From Nageia nagi (lineage: Eukaryota > Plantae > Pinophyta), in contig JBITNC010000001.1 in NCBI GenBank assembly GCA_050084985.1, forward strand, positions 148,862,001-148,926,000: a stretch of DNA of 64,000 nucleotides, given 5' to 3'. The notes beneath the pieces are model-generated. The model was not told where the DNA came from, did not search any database, and worked only from the letters and a program-made list of their open reading frames with translations. The first letter of the stretch is position 1, and every line of letters starts with the position of its first letter. The position numbers were made by a program, and so were the translations under genes. Shown piece after piece: positions 38,773 through 51,300 of the stretch.

Positions 38773-39963
38773 TGTGACACCCCCCTTGTATTATTATAAA
38801 TAATTATGGAATCCAACAGATTCCCCTTTGTAATATATTTTATTATTGCTTTGTACTTTTTGTTATGTTTTGGGTTAGAAGACTTAATGGGTTAGTGAAC
38901 CCCACTGTGAGCCCCAAGTGGGACATCTCCCTCCCAAACATAGATTAGGAGTTTTATTGTACTTGGAGATCCCGATCATGATTGTGGGAATCCCAAGGTT
39001 TGTTTAACACTTAGGAAAATGGACGAACACTTTTGTACATGCGCCAGCCTTGGGGAGACTCGTAGACCCTCACGTTTGCCCATGATGACACCTAGCCCCA
39101 TGCGTGGCTCCTAGACCCACTTGATGCATGCATGGCATGCCATGCCCCCATGTTGGCATTTATGGCACTCCAGGCCACCAAGTTGCCATGGTTGAGCCCT
39201 TGGTTCCCACGTTCGGCATTCTGGGCCCTTTAGGAGCCTAACGTTGGATTAGAGGAGTTGTGAATGATTCCTAGTTGAGATCCAGATCCAGTGAAGTGTT
39301 ATAAAAGGACATTGGAGCCTCATAGCTTGATATGCTTGATTATTATTATTATCTCTTGATACCGTCCTGTGGACACAAGTCTTAGCGATGCTAAGGAATC
39401 CCCTAGGTGCAGCATCTAGGAGGGCTATTAGGCTGAGGGATCCTATAGCCTATGACATTGGTATAGCACCCTTTCCCATCCAATGGTATTCCTAGGTTGC
39501 ACTTCTACCTTCAATGGTGGCTTAGATCAGAGGAGGTCTCGTTTAGTGGAAAGGAATCGAGTTTTGAGGGAGCAATACTATCCCATTGTTCTATCATCCG
39601 TCTGGCAGTGAGAGACATCAATTGTGCCCTAGTTGGCTCCTTGAAGGCCAACGTCCAGCTCTGGGAGCTTGGTATTGTATTGCTATTCATCATTTATCTT
39701 ATATACAATCGTGGGCATTTGGATCACCATATTTGTCTTGTGTATGCTTGATCATTGCAATGTTGTGGTTTATTCATTGATGCATGCTTGTCGTGGCCAA
39801 ATGTTGGCATAATTGTGTTGTGCAAACTTGTATTGGATGCCCTATCTCTAACGTTGGTGAATTGAGGGTTTGAATGCTTATTTCTTCTAGCCTTGTCCAA
39901 ATGTTAGGTATATTTGCTTTTGTTCAATTTAATTGCACTTGAATTGGTATTTGAATCTTTACG
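38773..39963 (+). mobile_element. Solo LTR, family A, inserted in the family X LTR
   Basis: TGTGAC...TTACG (CA>CG) with perfect TSD ATGGA (38768-38772 and 39964-39968). The flanks rejoin to match the uninterrupted copy near 32745-32790. Confidence 0.9.
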
Positions 39964-41934
39964 ATGGAACTAGGAGTGTTGCTCTCAAGATGGCTTGAAG
40001 AAGTTGAGGTTAGCCTCTTCTCACCTCAATACCTTAAATGTAGGTTGCCTTACAAGTGGCAAAGATAGAGCTTCAGCTCAATTCGAAAAAGGGGTTTAAT
40101 AATCTAAATCAACATATCTCATAATGACTATGAGTCCTCCTTTTATAGGCGAGTTTGATCATCTTCTAATCTTGCATTGAGATGATCCAACAGTGGAGAG
40201 ATCGGCTACGTGTGCTCATGTATGCAACGTCCAAGATGGGGAGGCTTGGATGGATGAAATCAAATCTAAATGTCGAGATTGCCAACGTCAAAGAGAGGTT
40301 GATATCGAGTTGCCTTGGTATCAATGTCGAAGGTTCAATACCCAAGATAGTTGATGTGGGGGCTTGGGATACTCGATTCTCCAACGTGTGGGTAAGATAG
40401 GCTATAGGTGCCCAATGTACAAGTTTGGGAGTGTTCCAGTACCTCAAGGTGTGGAATTCCTCTTTTGTAGTGCCACATCCAACCTTGGAGCTTGAAATAT
40501 CCTCGTAGTCGATGCAATCACCTAGGGGGATGCTCTACCTTGAAGAGGAGAGCACTAATGACTAGAGATACATTAAATGCTAATATTACAATTGTCAAGG
40601 TTAAAATATGCAACACCTCTTTTAAGGAGACTAATATTGCATTTACAATTATAATTGCCTTGGTATTACAAATACAACATTATTGATATTTTAGCAATTA
40701 AAGTAAATACAAATAAATAAATAAAAGGGCCATTTATTCCATAATTAAACCTTTGCTAAGTCTTTAAGTAGAATTTACATCATTTTGGCCAATTCTTACC
40801 AAATTATTTAAAATCACACCTGAATTAATTTTCCCATTTATCAAAGGTGAAATGGGGAAAACACCTAAAAAAATAAAAAAATGGGGACATTACATCCTCA
40901 TCCTCAATACGATTTTCAGCCTTAGGTATGTACTCATCCTCGTCTTTATCCTTGAGCTCCATATGAGCTATAGATGCTGCACTACTTGTACCTTCACTTA
41001 TTGCTTCCCTTTCAAGTCGCTCGATGTACTCCTTAGTGAAGATGGGTTCCACATCTTCAACAACCTACTCTACTAGTGGTTGCATAGATTCAATACCAAT
41101 GGCATCATAGCAATTTGTGCCTTCCACTTGTTTGACATGAAGACAAAGATAGTTCACAAAATATGCACAAACAAAGAATACCCTTTTGAAGTATGGGCAT
41201 TAACATAAACATAGAAGGAAAGAAAAAACAATTCCATGGTGAAAACAAAAAAACCTACTTCAAATGCATGACGAGAATAAAAAACTCACAATCGGATCAC
41301 TAAATCTTGTGAAATCTGCGGTGATAAGCTTGGAATCTATGGTGAAGCTCTTCAGATTGATGGTGTACTTTCAAATCTTTCACAAACTGACCTGCAGAGC
41401 AAAAAGAGTGTGCAAACAGGATGAAATGACCAAAATGAGACACAAAAAATCATTGTTGAGGGGCGGACTGTGTATAAATCTGCATTTTCCATTTTGTTTT
41501 TCCACTAGCCAGGTACTCACCGAGTTTTGGCTGGATTACTTGCCAGATATCTGCCGAAACTTGCCAGTGCCGGATTTTGATGCCCGATCACTGAATCAGC
41601 TCAAAAATTGCGGTTTCACGCTAGTACTTGCTGGTTTGCTGCTAATTTTCGAACCAGGGTTTAGGCTAAGATTTGGGCTACAGTTTGTGTAATTCTTATC
41701 TTAGAACGAACCTCTTCATGGATTTCTATATTGCAAATCAGTGTAAAGGTGCATTATGTCCAAAGTGACTATCACTAGCCAATCACAAACAGTAATTTTA
41801 TATTTTGTTAGAGCTTAGAGGTGTTCCTGATGACTCATAAATGTTTAAATCTACACTGGTGAAACTTTATTTGGACACGAGTGCTTTTAATTTTTTCCAT
41901 GGTTTAATTGTTTTCTGTTTTTTTCCTCTGCCAG

Positions 41935-42124
41935 ATGGGATCTTTTGAACTTATTCAGTTACGAATTCAAAAGTTTCTTGGGAAAATAGGTGGTGAGAGC
42001 CATCTTTTAGTGCCAGACATTGATCTTCTACAGGTGTCTGGAGTGGGTGGATTGGCCTGGGATACACTGAACCAGATCAAATTCAATCTTCCATTTAGGG
42101 ACATAAAACCTGATATATGGCTTG
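41935..42124 (+). CDS. PRKDC: DNA-PKcs exon F (next exon not found in window)
   Basis: Polypyrimidine tract, then ccAG|ATG. MGSFELIQLRIQKFLGKIGG...LAWDTLNQIKFNLPFRDIKPDIWL, cf. vertebrate LEEIRIRVVQMLGSLGG...[24 protein letters not shown]. Donor G|GTATGC. Confidence 0.93.
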
Positions 42125-42461
42125 GTATGCTTTTTATCTGATATCCTTTACAATTTATGTTACAGCAAATTTCTTAAAAGAAAAGGTGTTGACTCACTAG
42201 CATTCATTACGAATTTTTGTCATCAAAATTGGGAAATGCAGTACATTTCATTATTAGGTATCTTTCGTTTGATGGTATAGTGCCATGTTAACCGTGGCAA
42301 TTAACTATGCTTTTTGGAACATTTCTAGTCTTACATAATAATGACTGTGAGGGGCGCAAATTGTTACATGTCATATGGATTTAATATTAGGAAATGCAGT
42401 ACAGTTCATGATTTGGTCTCTTTTGTTTATGTTATTAGTGTCATGTTAACCATGGGTATCA

Positions 42462-42685
42462 TGTTAGAAATAATAAATTAGATTAAATGTTAGGCAAATT
42501 AGGTATCTAGAAATACATTAATAAATGTAATGTTAATATATTTAACATTACTTATGTTTATTTTAATATTAGGGTTTTTGGTTTCCACTTCGGTTATTGT
42601 ACGGGAAGGCAACTCCTGAATACTCATGTATTTAATCGTTGCATTCATCAATAATGCAAAGCACTTTCTCGGTTAATCTCAAATA
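42462..42685. mobile_element. Short solo LTR (224 bp; TRIM- or Copia-like)
   Basis: TGTTAG...AAATA (CA>TA) with TSD TATCA on both sides. It splits the second copy of an ~158-bp tandem duplication (42232-42770). Confidence 0.7.
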
Positions 42686-43149
42686 TATCAACCATGCTCT
42701 TTGGAGCATTTCTAGTCTCACATAATGATGACTCTGAGAAAGGGCAAGCTGTTTCATGCAGATGGCTTTAGTTGCTTTAATCTTCATTTTAGGCAAATGC
42801 ATTATTCCTGTTATAGAGAGATATGTGACATTTTTTTTACATTACTCTATGATATACACGAGCTGTTGTCACTGCTATAATGCATAATTCTTTAGAAATA
42901 GCGTCAGACATGCTATTTATTTGTTTTTTCTCTTTGGGTTGGAAGTTGTTAGTTTTTCAGAGTATATATAAGTATATACTAGTACTTGTTTTTTAGCAGA
43001 AATACTTAAAATCACATTTTTTTTCTTCATCTTTCTTGACTTAGAAATACAATTTTGATCTTTTTGATGGAATAATTAGCAAGAACTTGAGCTATTTCAG
43101 GTTTTGAATATGGAGTTATGAGTTTTCTCCATTCGTGGATTCCTAGGGT

Positions 43150-44720
43150 TCCAGATTTAGGAGAACACTAAACAGGAAAGATGAAAATCTGTGACGGATG
43201 AAAGTTCATTCACCCTAGATAGGTTGCGCAAAAGACTACTTGAAGCGACCAAAAAGGTTGGCTGGGAAGTGTGTCCAGACTTGGCTGACATGCTAATACT
43301 CATAAAATCAAAATAAAAAACCCACCCTTCAACATCCTCAAGGGAAGTGAATAGCTTCCTCAAAAGACTTACCCATACAAAAGGTGACATTCACCCTTTA
43401 GAGGGTTGAATAATCCATATCTAGATGTAGAAGGAAATTACTCCAGTTTTATAGCAAGCTTCCTAATCCAAAAAGTTATAGATACTACTTTTGACTCCAT
43501 GATTGGAATTCAATAATTGATAGCAGGTAATGCCTCACGACACTCAAGGATAATCCTTTAAATAGGAGATTTATAAGGTATTGATACCTAATAATAAGCG
43601 TGCAAGTGAATCAAGAGAGACATATAGGTGGATACGAGCTTCTTAAAAAGCTATATTGATCTAGGAGCTTTAGTTGGAGAGAAGTGTTGCCCCCCATTAT
43701 TATTTACATGGGAAATTTCCGAGCTGGCTTGGCATAACTTGAGACTACGATCCTATTGACCTTACATAAGATTGGTTTAGAAAACATTATATCCTAACAA
43801 AAGGGAGATATTATGTTATGTCTAAGAACTAAGAAACTTTTAAAGAGTCATTTAGCTCTAGCATGAAAAACTCAAAACAAATATTGATCTCATGCCTAAT
43901 GATGACCAACAAGAAAATACATTATCCAAGTGATTTAATGTCAAGATAATATTACAATTTGAATCAATACTTTCATGACTATGAGCTTGTTACCAAAATG
44001 ATGTACACATATGATGCATGCTACCCAATGCAGAACTTTCCATCAAAGAAGGCCAAACAAGTATTTAAGCCAAGACATGCAAGTGTGGATGAGTTACAAT
44101 CACTTTCATTGGAAGACTAACAATTTACTTCTCGTACTCATTTCTATACAGAAAAGTGATACCATGACAATGAATTTATAACTAAGGTCAAAACAAAAAT
44201 AGATTGCCACTACTTCAAGAGCACTCCACAAGTCAATTTGACTGATCTAAAGGACAATATAGAACATTCCATAAGTCAACACACTCAACCTTTGAAGTTT
44301 TAAATCATTCCCTTTTGGTGAATATATTGTTCACATGGATAGTAGATATGTCGATAATGATCTGAAAATATGGTTTGGCTCATTTCCTTTCAAATAATTC
44401 CTTGAAAATGATGTATGTTTTATTCGACATTTTGGGGTTGAAGCACATGACATACTACTCACCAAACTCTTCATGGAATATTAAATCCAAACATTTGGCC
44501 CTTTTCCATAGTCTTTGGGTGCCAAATTCGCATCTTTGAGGTGTCACCTTGACATTTCGATGTATTCATGTTCATACTTGCCTAATGTCAATTGGGCTGT
44601 CACAAATCCATTATAGTACCATTTCCTTTTACCTTGATCTTCTCAAGCATTTTACAAGGGTTGTCTAATAGATCCATGTTATTCTGTCACATCCTTCCAT
44701 ACGAACTTTTTGAGGACATG
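43150..44720 (-). mobile_element. Possible very decayed L1-like LINE 3' fragment
   Basis: Minus-strand IWHPKTMEKGQMFGF weakly resembles the zf-RVT IW....P.KVK.F.W motif. No continuous ORF. Confidence 0.3.
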
Positions 44721-47129
44721 TTGTAATGTCCCTTTTTGTGGGATGTTCCCCTTTAGGAGTGATTTTGTAATTAGGAATTTTTATTTATTTATTGCATATG
44801 TAATTATACATCATTGTGACTTAGGATAGGAGACTTATGGGTTCCATGGACCAATTGTGAGCCCTTAGTGGGATGTCTCCCTCCTAAGAGTAGTTTAGGA
44901 GTATTTAAGTGTCATAATGTGGATCCAAAGGCACAGTGCATGATTAGAGGTGAGGTGAATGGTTTGGTTTTATTCCGAGGCACAATCTAGATGCCTAAGC
45001 ATGATGTCACCTTAAGGGTGTGTGAGCGCCCAACCTTGAAGAATTCCTACTTATATGGTTGGTGCAACATTGTGGAGGTATCATTGAGCTATTTTGGCAT
45101 CTTCTATCTTCAGAGTGGTGGCGCCATCGCTTGGGCCTCTAGTTGGACGCTAACCCAACTTGGAGGAGGAGTTAGTGGGACGTAGCCCTCACTAGGTTGT
45201 TGTCGAGGACAAAAACCTTCAATCCACATCGGATTTGCAATCAGTACTAGGGTTTGAAGGCCCTAGCAGTGAGAAGTCAACTTCCATTCAGCATTTGAGG
45301 AGTATTTGCCTTAGATCTGGTCCCTTGAGCCAGATGTCAACCCTCTTGGGCCATTGTGGTTGTAGTTTGCTCATATCATGCTTAATATTGAGATGTTGGC
45401 ATTTCTTCTTCATTTTGGCTATGCGTTGGCATGTTTTTATGGTGTGAATGCTAGATTTATTTCATTTCCTTCTAGTTTGCTAATTGCTTAATAAATTTGG
45501 AACGAAGAATAGTTTGTCATATTACAAGGGTACCATAGCCATCATCCTGCCATATTGTGGGAAAGTTGTTGGATGTAGTCAACAAAAAAAAAATTATCAA
45601 AGACAAAAGGGTAGAAAATCTCCCATGGCTTCCCAAACCAGATCCAAGGAGGATATAAGGAAACAACATGGAGAGTTAGCCCGAAAGAGATGGATGAATA
45701 TTCCAGAGCATGTGTTGGGAAATGAGGAAGAGATGCATGAGGAGGAAAGAGAAATTTCGCCGAAGGATCCATCTAAAAATAAGTTTTTAGACTTAAAGGC
45801 CATGATGAAGGCTATTATGGATCAAATGCAATTGCAGAATGAGTGTGTGACTAGGAGGGAAGGACAGGAGAGGGACGTAGGGCCTAGAGGAAGCCCTAGG
45901 ATGCCCCACACTCAAAGAATTGCCTTTGTCTCTGAGAGAGAGAGCAAGGAGTAGATATACCCTTGCGTAGATCTCATGAGAGGGATCATGGAGACGAGGC
46001 TTCTTTGCTCAGGTCTCGTGAGAGAGATCATGAAGAGGAGGCGTCTTTGCATCGAGCTCATGACATGGATCATGGAGAAGAGAAGGATTTTTTGCATAGA
46101 TCTAGAGGCTTAGGGCATGACCAAGAAGGTTAAGGAGTTGAGCAGAGAGAACCTATATTTCAAAGATCCTGGTCGGCTAGGATGGTGGACGAAGGAGGAT
46201 CCTCCTTGTTTAGAATGAGATCTACTAGCGTTGGTGAGCCAGTATGGGAAAGGTTCATGAAGAGAAATGCACAAAAGGTGGATGCCTCACCTCCCCATCT
46301 ACCACATCCCAATAAGGTTATGTTCATATCTAGATTAGAGAGCAACTCTAGCATGATTTCATCATTGGAATTGAGCTAGTTGTACTAAGAATACTCCTTG
46401 AATACCCAAGCATTAAAAAATGATGTCCTTTTCCCTGTATTTGGAAATGTTAGGCAAAAGAACCAATGGTAGTCAAACATACAATGGATCTTAAGAGGAT
46501 AGGAGAGATCTACAACAATGGTCGAGTAGAATGCTGGTGCCCTTGTTTAAGGGGAGTGGCAAAATGACGATTAGGGTATGGTGCAAAAACTGCAGACATA
46601 TTTCATGCTCAACCCCATGATTGAGGAGGATGCCATAAGTTTTGCCACCTTACATTTGGAAGACATAGCACATGAGTGGTGGTTGCATGGCATGACAATA
46701 TAGGGTCATGGAGAAATCACTTTGATCTCTATAGTAGAATGATGTGTTGTGCTTGCACAACAACCCCCCAAAATTTCGCATTTTGAGGACCCTCGAAAAC
46801 AACGTTTAAATGCATGCAAGTAAACATGTCTAAGGGAATGTATGCATCTTGGTCTAAGTTTTGGGAAATATGCTAAACCTACACATTCATGATCAAATCA
46901 AGTAATAAACTTGCATTTTTCCTCAGTTGCATGTTTTAAGGGACATGCTTTTGCATGTCCCCTAAACGGTATGACCACCATAATGCTGCATTTCATAGTC
47001 GTTACTTGCATTTTTTAGTGTTAAAATTGCACTTTCAGGGTCCTTTATGCTGTAGAAGTTCATCTCTCCCTCATTGCATTTCATGTTTGAAGTTACTTTG
47101 GTTGGAATTCAAGGCAAAAAACGTGTTTT

Positions 47130-48210
47130 CAGCTAGTTGCATGTTTTCAAGTGAATGCTTTTGCACCCTCCCAAAATGGTATGACCAGAATTGGAGATTC
47201 TCATACTTAGCGTTTTTCTGGAAAAGCCTGTCGCATGTTTTCAAGTGAGTGCTTTTGCACCCAACCAAATCCATGCGACGAAGGAGGAAGAGATCTTTAC
47301 TTAACCATTTTTGGAAGACCAGTCACATGTTTTCAAGTGAGTGCTTTTGCACCCAATCAAATCCATGCAACCAGGAAAAGGGGGACTTGGCCATTTTTGA
47401 GACAATCAAGGCTAGTCGCATGCTTTCGAGTGAGTGCTTTTTCACCCAACTCAAACCATGCGACTAGATTCATGAGGTGGAAGTTGGCTAAGTGTTGGGT
47501 CCAAATTGTTGCCAAGTGAAAACACATGTATTCAACCCCCTCTTTCACCAATCATGTGATTGCACCTGTACTATCCAGAAGGCTATAAAAGGAAAGTAAG
47601 CCTTAGTCATTTTGTTTGCAAAACTATCTAGAGCACTACGTGGAGTCAAGGGAGAAAAAGCATGTCCTCCAAAACGTGTGACCTGTGTCAGATTTGCATT
47701 TTTTAGTCATTTTTTGGAATTTCTAGTCTCCAGAGGTGTGCCAGACCCTAGTCGCATCATTTCTTGTGCATGAAAAAGCACTCTTCCCAAGTCATGTGCC
47801 CAATCCTAGACGTTTTGGCTTGAGGTTGAAATTGGCTAAGTCTTTGGAATTATAAGGAAAGGCCCAGGCGTAGGGATTAAGGTGCATGCTTTTGCACCTC
47901 TTCTAAACCGTGCGACCAAGAATTGAGCCTCATTGTTGACCTGAAATTTGACGAAGTCCCAAGTGCCTAGTCGCATGCTTTTTGACCTATGCTTTTGCAC
48001 CCCTTCTAAACCATGCGCCCCTGTTTTGGCGCCACCATTCGACCTCTAGCTTGACCAACACAGAGGTGACACTGGCAATATAGAAGGTTATAAATAGCAT
48101 GCCACCCCTTAGTCATTTTCACCACTTCATCTCAGATTTTTTTACCTAAACTCGTAGTCACACCATTTCTAATGAATGCTTTTGCACTCATCCAAAATTG
48201 TGCGCGCAGA
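47130..48210. repeat. Subterminal repeats, partly at ~90-bp spacing, in the outer giant element
   Basis: gtcgcatgYtttcRagtgagtgcttttgcacc motif near 47138, 47230, 47321 and 47415, with degenerate copies out to about 48190. Confidence 0.8.
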
Positions 48211-48362
48211 ATTGTAAGGTGAAATTGGTCAAGTGTGAGATGCCAGGAGTTGGGAAGAGAGGAAGACAAGTGGTAGGCATGCACTCTACCATGCATTCAC
48301 ACTCCATGGATCTCATTTAAAAGGAGGCAGCTTTCATTTCGTGTCATGGACGTCTTGTAGCT

Positions 48363-51300
48363 TGTTGTGCCCACACAACACACCCCAAGATGCAGCATTT
48401 TGGGGACCCAATTTTTGCAATTGCAATGAGCGACATTACCTGGGCATGATCAACCTACAACCAGTATGGAGACCCAAAGTGATCAGATGACCAAAGTAGC
48501 AGACGAGCATGCCCTGGAGTCATGAAAAGAGTTCAGCGCAGCCAGTGGCCAAGTCAAGGCCCATTTCCAATCGACATCTCATAGGATGGAGTTTTGGGTC
48601 ACGATAGCGACTAGACAATGGAATTTTAAACAAGTGGCCATCAAGGACGAAAAAGGTGTCATTTTTTTTGCAAGTTTGGACAAAAAGGTGCATTTTTGTC
48701 AAGTTTGAGCTTGGGAGCAGTGAATAGAGTATAATGACAAAAATGTGCGATTTTGCACAATTTGAGCCCGAAAAAGGCAATTATGGCCAAAAGGCATGTT
48801 TTTGTCAAGTTTGAGCCCAGATAGCCAAAAAATGGTCACTAGCATGGGAAAACGCGTTTTGGTCAATTTTGAGCCCGAAAGTGGCTAGTATGGTAAAAAT
48901 GTGTTGTTTTGCATAGTTTGAGTTCGGAATGTTTGGAAATGACCAAAAATGCAAAGTTGAGCTCAAAGTGCTCGGAAATGTCGGAAATGATCGTTTTTGT
49001 ACATCTTGAGTTTGGAAAGGCTGAAAATGTAGATTTAGCTGGAAATGATCTTTTTTCACTGTTCGAAATGCATACTTAGAGCTTGAAAATGATCGAAAAT
49101 GCACTATTTGGGCCCGTAAAAGACGGGGGAGGCCGAGAATGAACAATATAACTCAGAATGGATCTAAAAAGCAAGTCAGAGCGCCCATGAGGGGAAAATA
49201 AAAACCAAGTATTTTGGCATCCAAGAAGCTTCGGGTTGAGCTCGAAAAAATGAAGTTTTTCAAAATGCTCGAAATGGAAATCCGAGAGAGAGAGAGAGGT
49301 GTGGTGCCAAATGACAAATTAAGGCCTCTTTGGTCTTGGAAATGTCGAAGAAACTCAAGTTTTGACCGCCGAAAATCTTGGGGGGAGTTTTGCAAGTTTT
49401 CCCTCACTTCACCAAATCTCGAAAATGGCCTATTATCTTGAAAACCTGTGCCTACCTTTTGGGAGGCCCAGATTGATTCGAAAGTGGAATTTTTGAGCTT
49501 GGAACCATGGAGATCGCAATTCTACATCAAATTTGTTGTTCAAGTTCGTGGTTTCAATGAGTTTTGCTCCACCAAAAGTGGAAGAAACATTAAAACGAGC
49601 AAAAGGACAGCCAATAGGAATGCTCCAAATTTCCAAAAAATTCAAAAATGTCATATTGGAAATCAAAGAAAGATGTAGGGTGCCAAATCCAATTTTAGGC
49701 ATCTTCCCTCTTGAAATTTTCAAAAAAAGTCAAAAAATATCCCTCAAAAAGTTAGGCCCTGGTTTTGCCTCTTTTCCCCATTTTTCTCAAACTTCGAAAA
49801 TGGCCTAAATTTCCTAAAACCTGCGCCTACCTTTCTTGCACTCCAAAACTGCAAAAAAAAAGAAATTTTTGATCTTCATGGGGTGTAGGATGGAATTTCA
49901 CACAAATTTGATGATTTGAGTTTTTCAAAATAATGAAATCTACTTCCTCAAATCATCAAAATTTGATCAGCCAATGAGATGGCTCCAAAATTTTCTAAAT
50001 TTTTCAAAATTGGCCAAATCAAAAAAGGAGAATGAGGTAGGGTGCAAAATCCAAATGTAAGCAATATTGCCTCTTGCAATTTTGCAAAAAAATCAAATTT
50101 GGTCCCTCAAAAAGCTTGGTAGCAGTTTTAAGAGTTTTCCCCTCTTTTCTCAAATTTCCAAATTAGCCCAAATGCCTCTAAACCTGTGCAAAGCTTGGGA
50201 GTGCCTATTTTTGCTCAAAAATCGAAATTTTCCAAAATACTCAAAATAAAAATTGGAGAAAAAGACAGGGTGGCAAATCAAATTCTAAGCATCTTTGCCT
50301 CTTTCGAGATTGCAAAAAATTCAAAATTTGCTTTCCAAAAAGTTAGAGGGGAGTTTTGAAAGTTTTCGGCTATTTCACAAAAGTTCCAAAGATGCCCAAA
50401 ACCTTCAAAACCTGCGCCTAGCCTCCTTGTCCCTCAAAATTGCTCTAAAGTGACATTTAATGCTTCCATGTGATAAGTGGTGTGATTCTACATCACTTTG
50501 GTCTCTCACTTGTGCAATTTGGTTGATGAAAACTGCCAAAAACCACCTTTTTGCATTCAAAAAAGATTCAAAGGCTGAAAAACTCAAGAAATTTGGATAT
50601 TTCCTCAAAAATCTCAAAATTTTAAATCCAAATCTGAAGTGTGGAGGTTGAAGAGCACCCTAGACCCATCATTTTTGCTTCCAAGCACCTTCACATTGCT
50701 TCAAATCTGCCCCCTCCACACTTAGGCACAGGTTTTGGCTTGTTTCCCCATTTTCCTCCACTTTTCCAATGTTGGGCATGAGAGGGAAGAGTCCAAATTG
50801 CAAAATTTACACTTAGGGTTGATGTGGTGTTGAAATGTGGCATCTTTTCACCCCCTAAGTCTATAAATACACACATATCCCCTCCATTTCACTCACTACT
50901 CCTATTTTGCACTTTTATGCTGGCAAAATTTTTGAGAATTGGAGAGTTGTAGTGAAGAAGAAAGCCCATTTTCATCCTTGGAGGATAATTTCAGCACTTA
51001 GCACCATTTCCATTCATGCAAACTCCATTATACTTGAAGAACCAAACATCCTTCATCTCACATGAACTCCATTTTTTAAGTTTTGAGATTTTTTCACACC
51101 AAAACCCCATTTTCCCAAGCCTCAAACACTTGAAAAACCTTTTTTCTAAATTTCATGTTTGATCACCTTTTTGGATACCCATTTATCCTTGTGATCAACT
51201 TTTATTTTCAGCCAAAAAACAAAAAAAAATACATATGATCCAAGATTTGAGTGCCTAAAATCCTCATTTCTTCACAAAAAAATAAAAAATATCCTTAAAA

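Larger units (their letters stand above)
32250..40894 (-). mobile_element. LTR retrotransposon family X, internally deleted
   Basis: 5-bp TSD TCCTC (32245-32249 and 40895-40899). Right LTR 38273-40894 (TGTGAT...GGGGACATTACA) is interrupted by a solo LTR. The homologous left LTR runs from 32250 and is truncated near 33017. Degenerate tRNA-Met PBS-like sequence on the minus strand near 38259-38271. Confidence 0.85.
31825..41658 (-). mobile_element. Internally deleted hAT element hosting nested LTR retrotransposons
   Basis: Perfect 8-bp TSD GTTTAGGC (31817-31824 and 41659-41666). Left TIR CATAGTTGTCAA; right TIR degenerate. A minus-strand transposase C-terminal remnant (YDAIGIESMQPLVE.VVEDVEPIFT...RIEDE) resumes at 32244 across the insertion. 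Confidence 0.85.
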
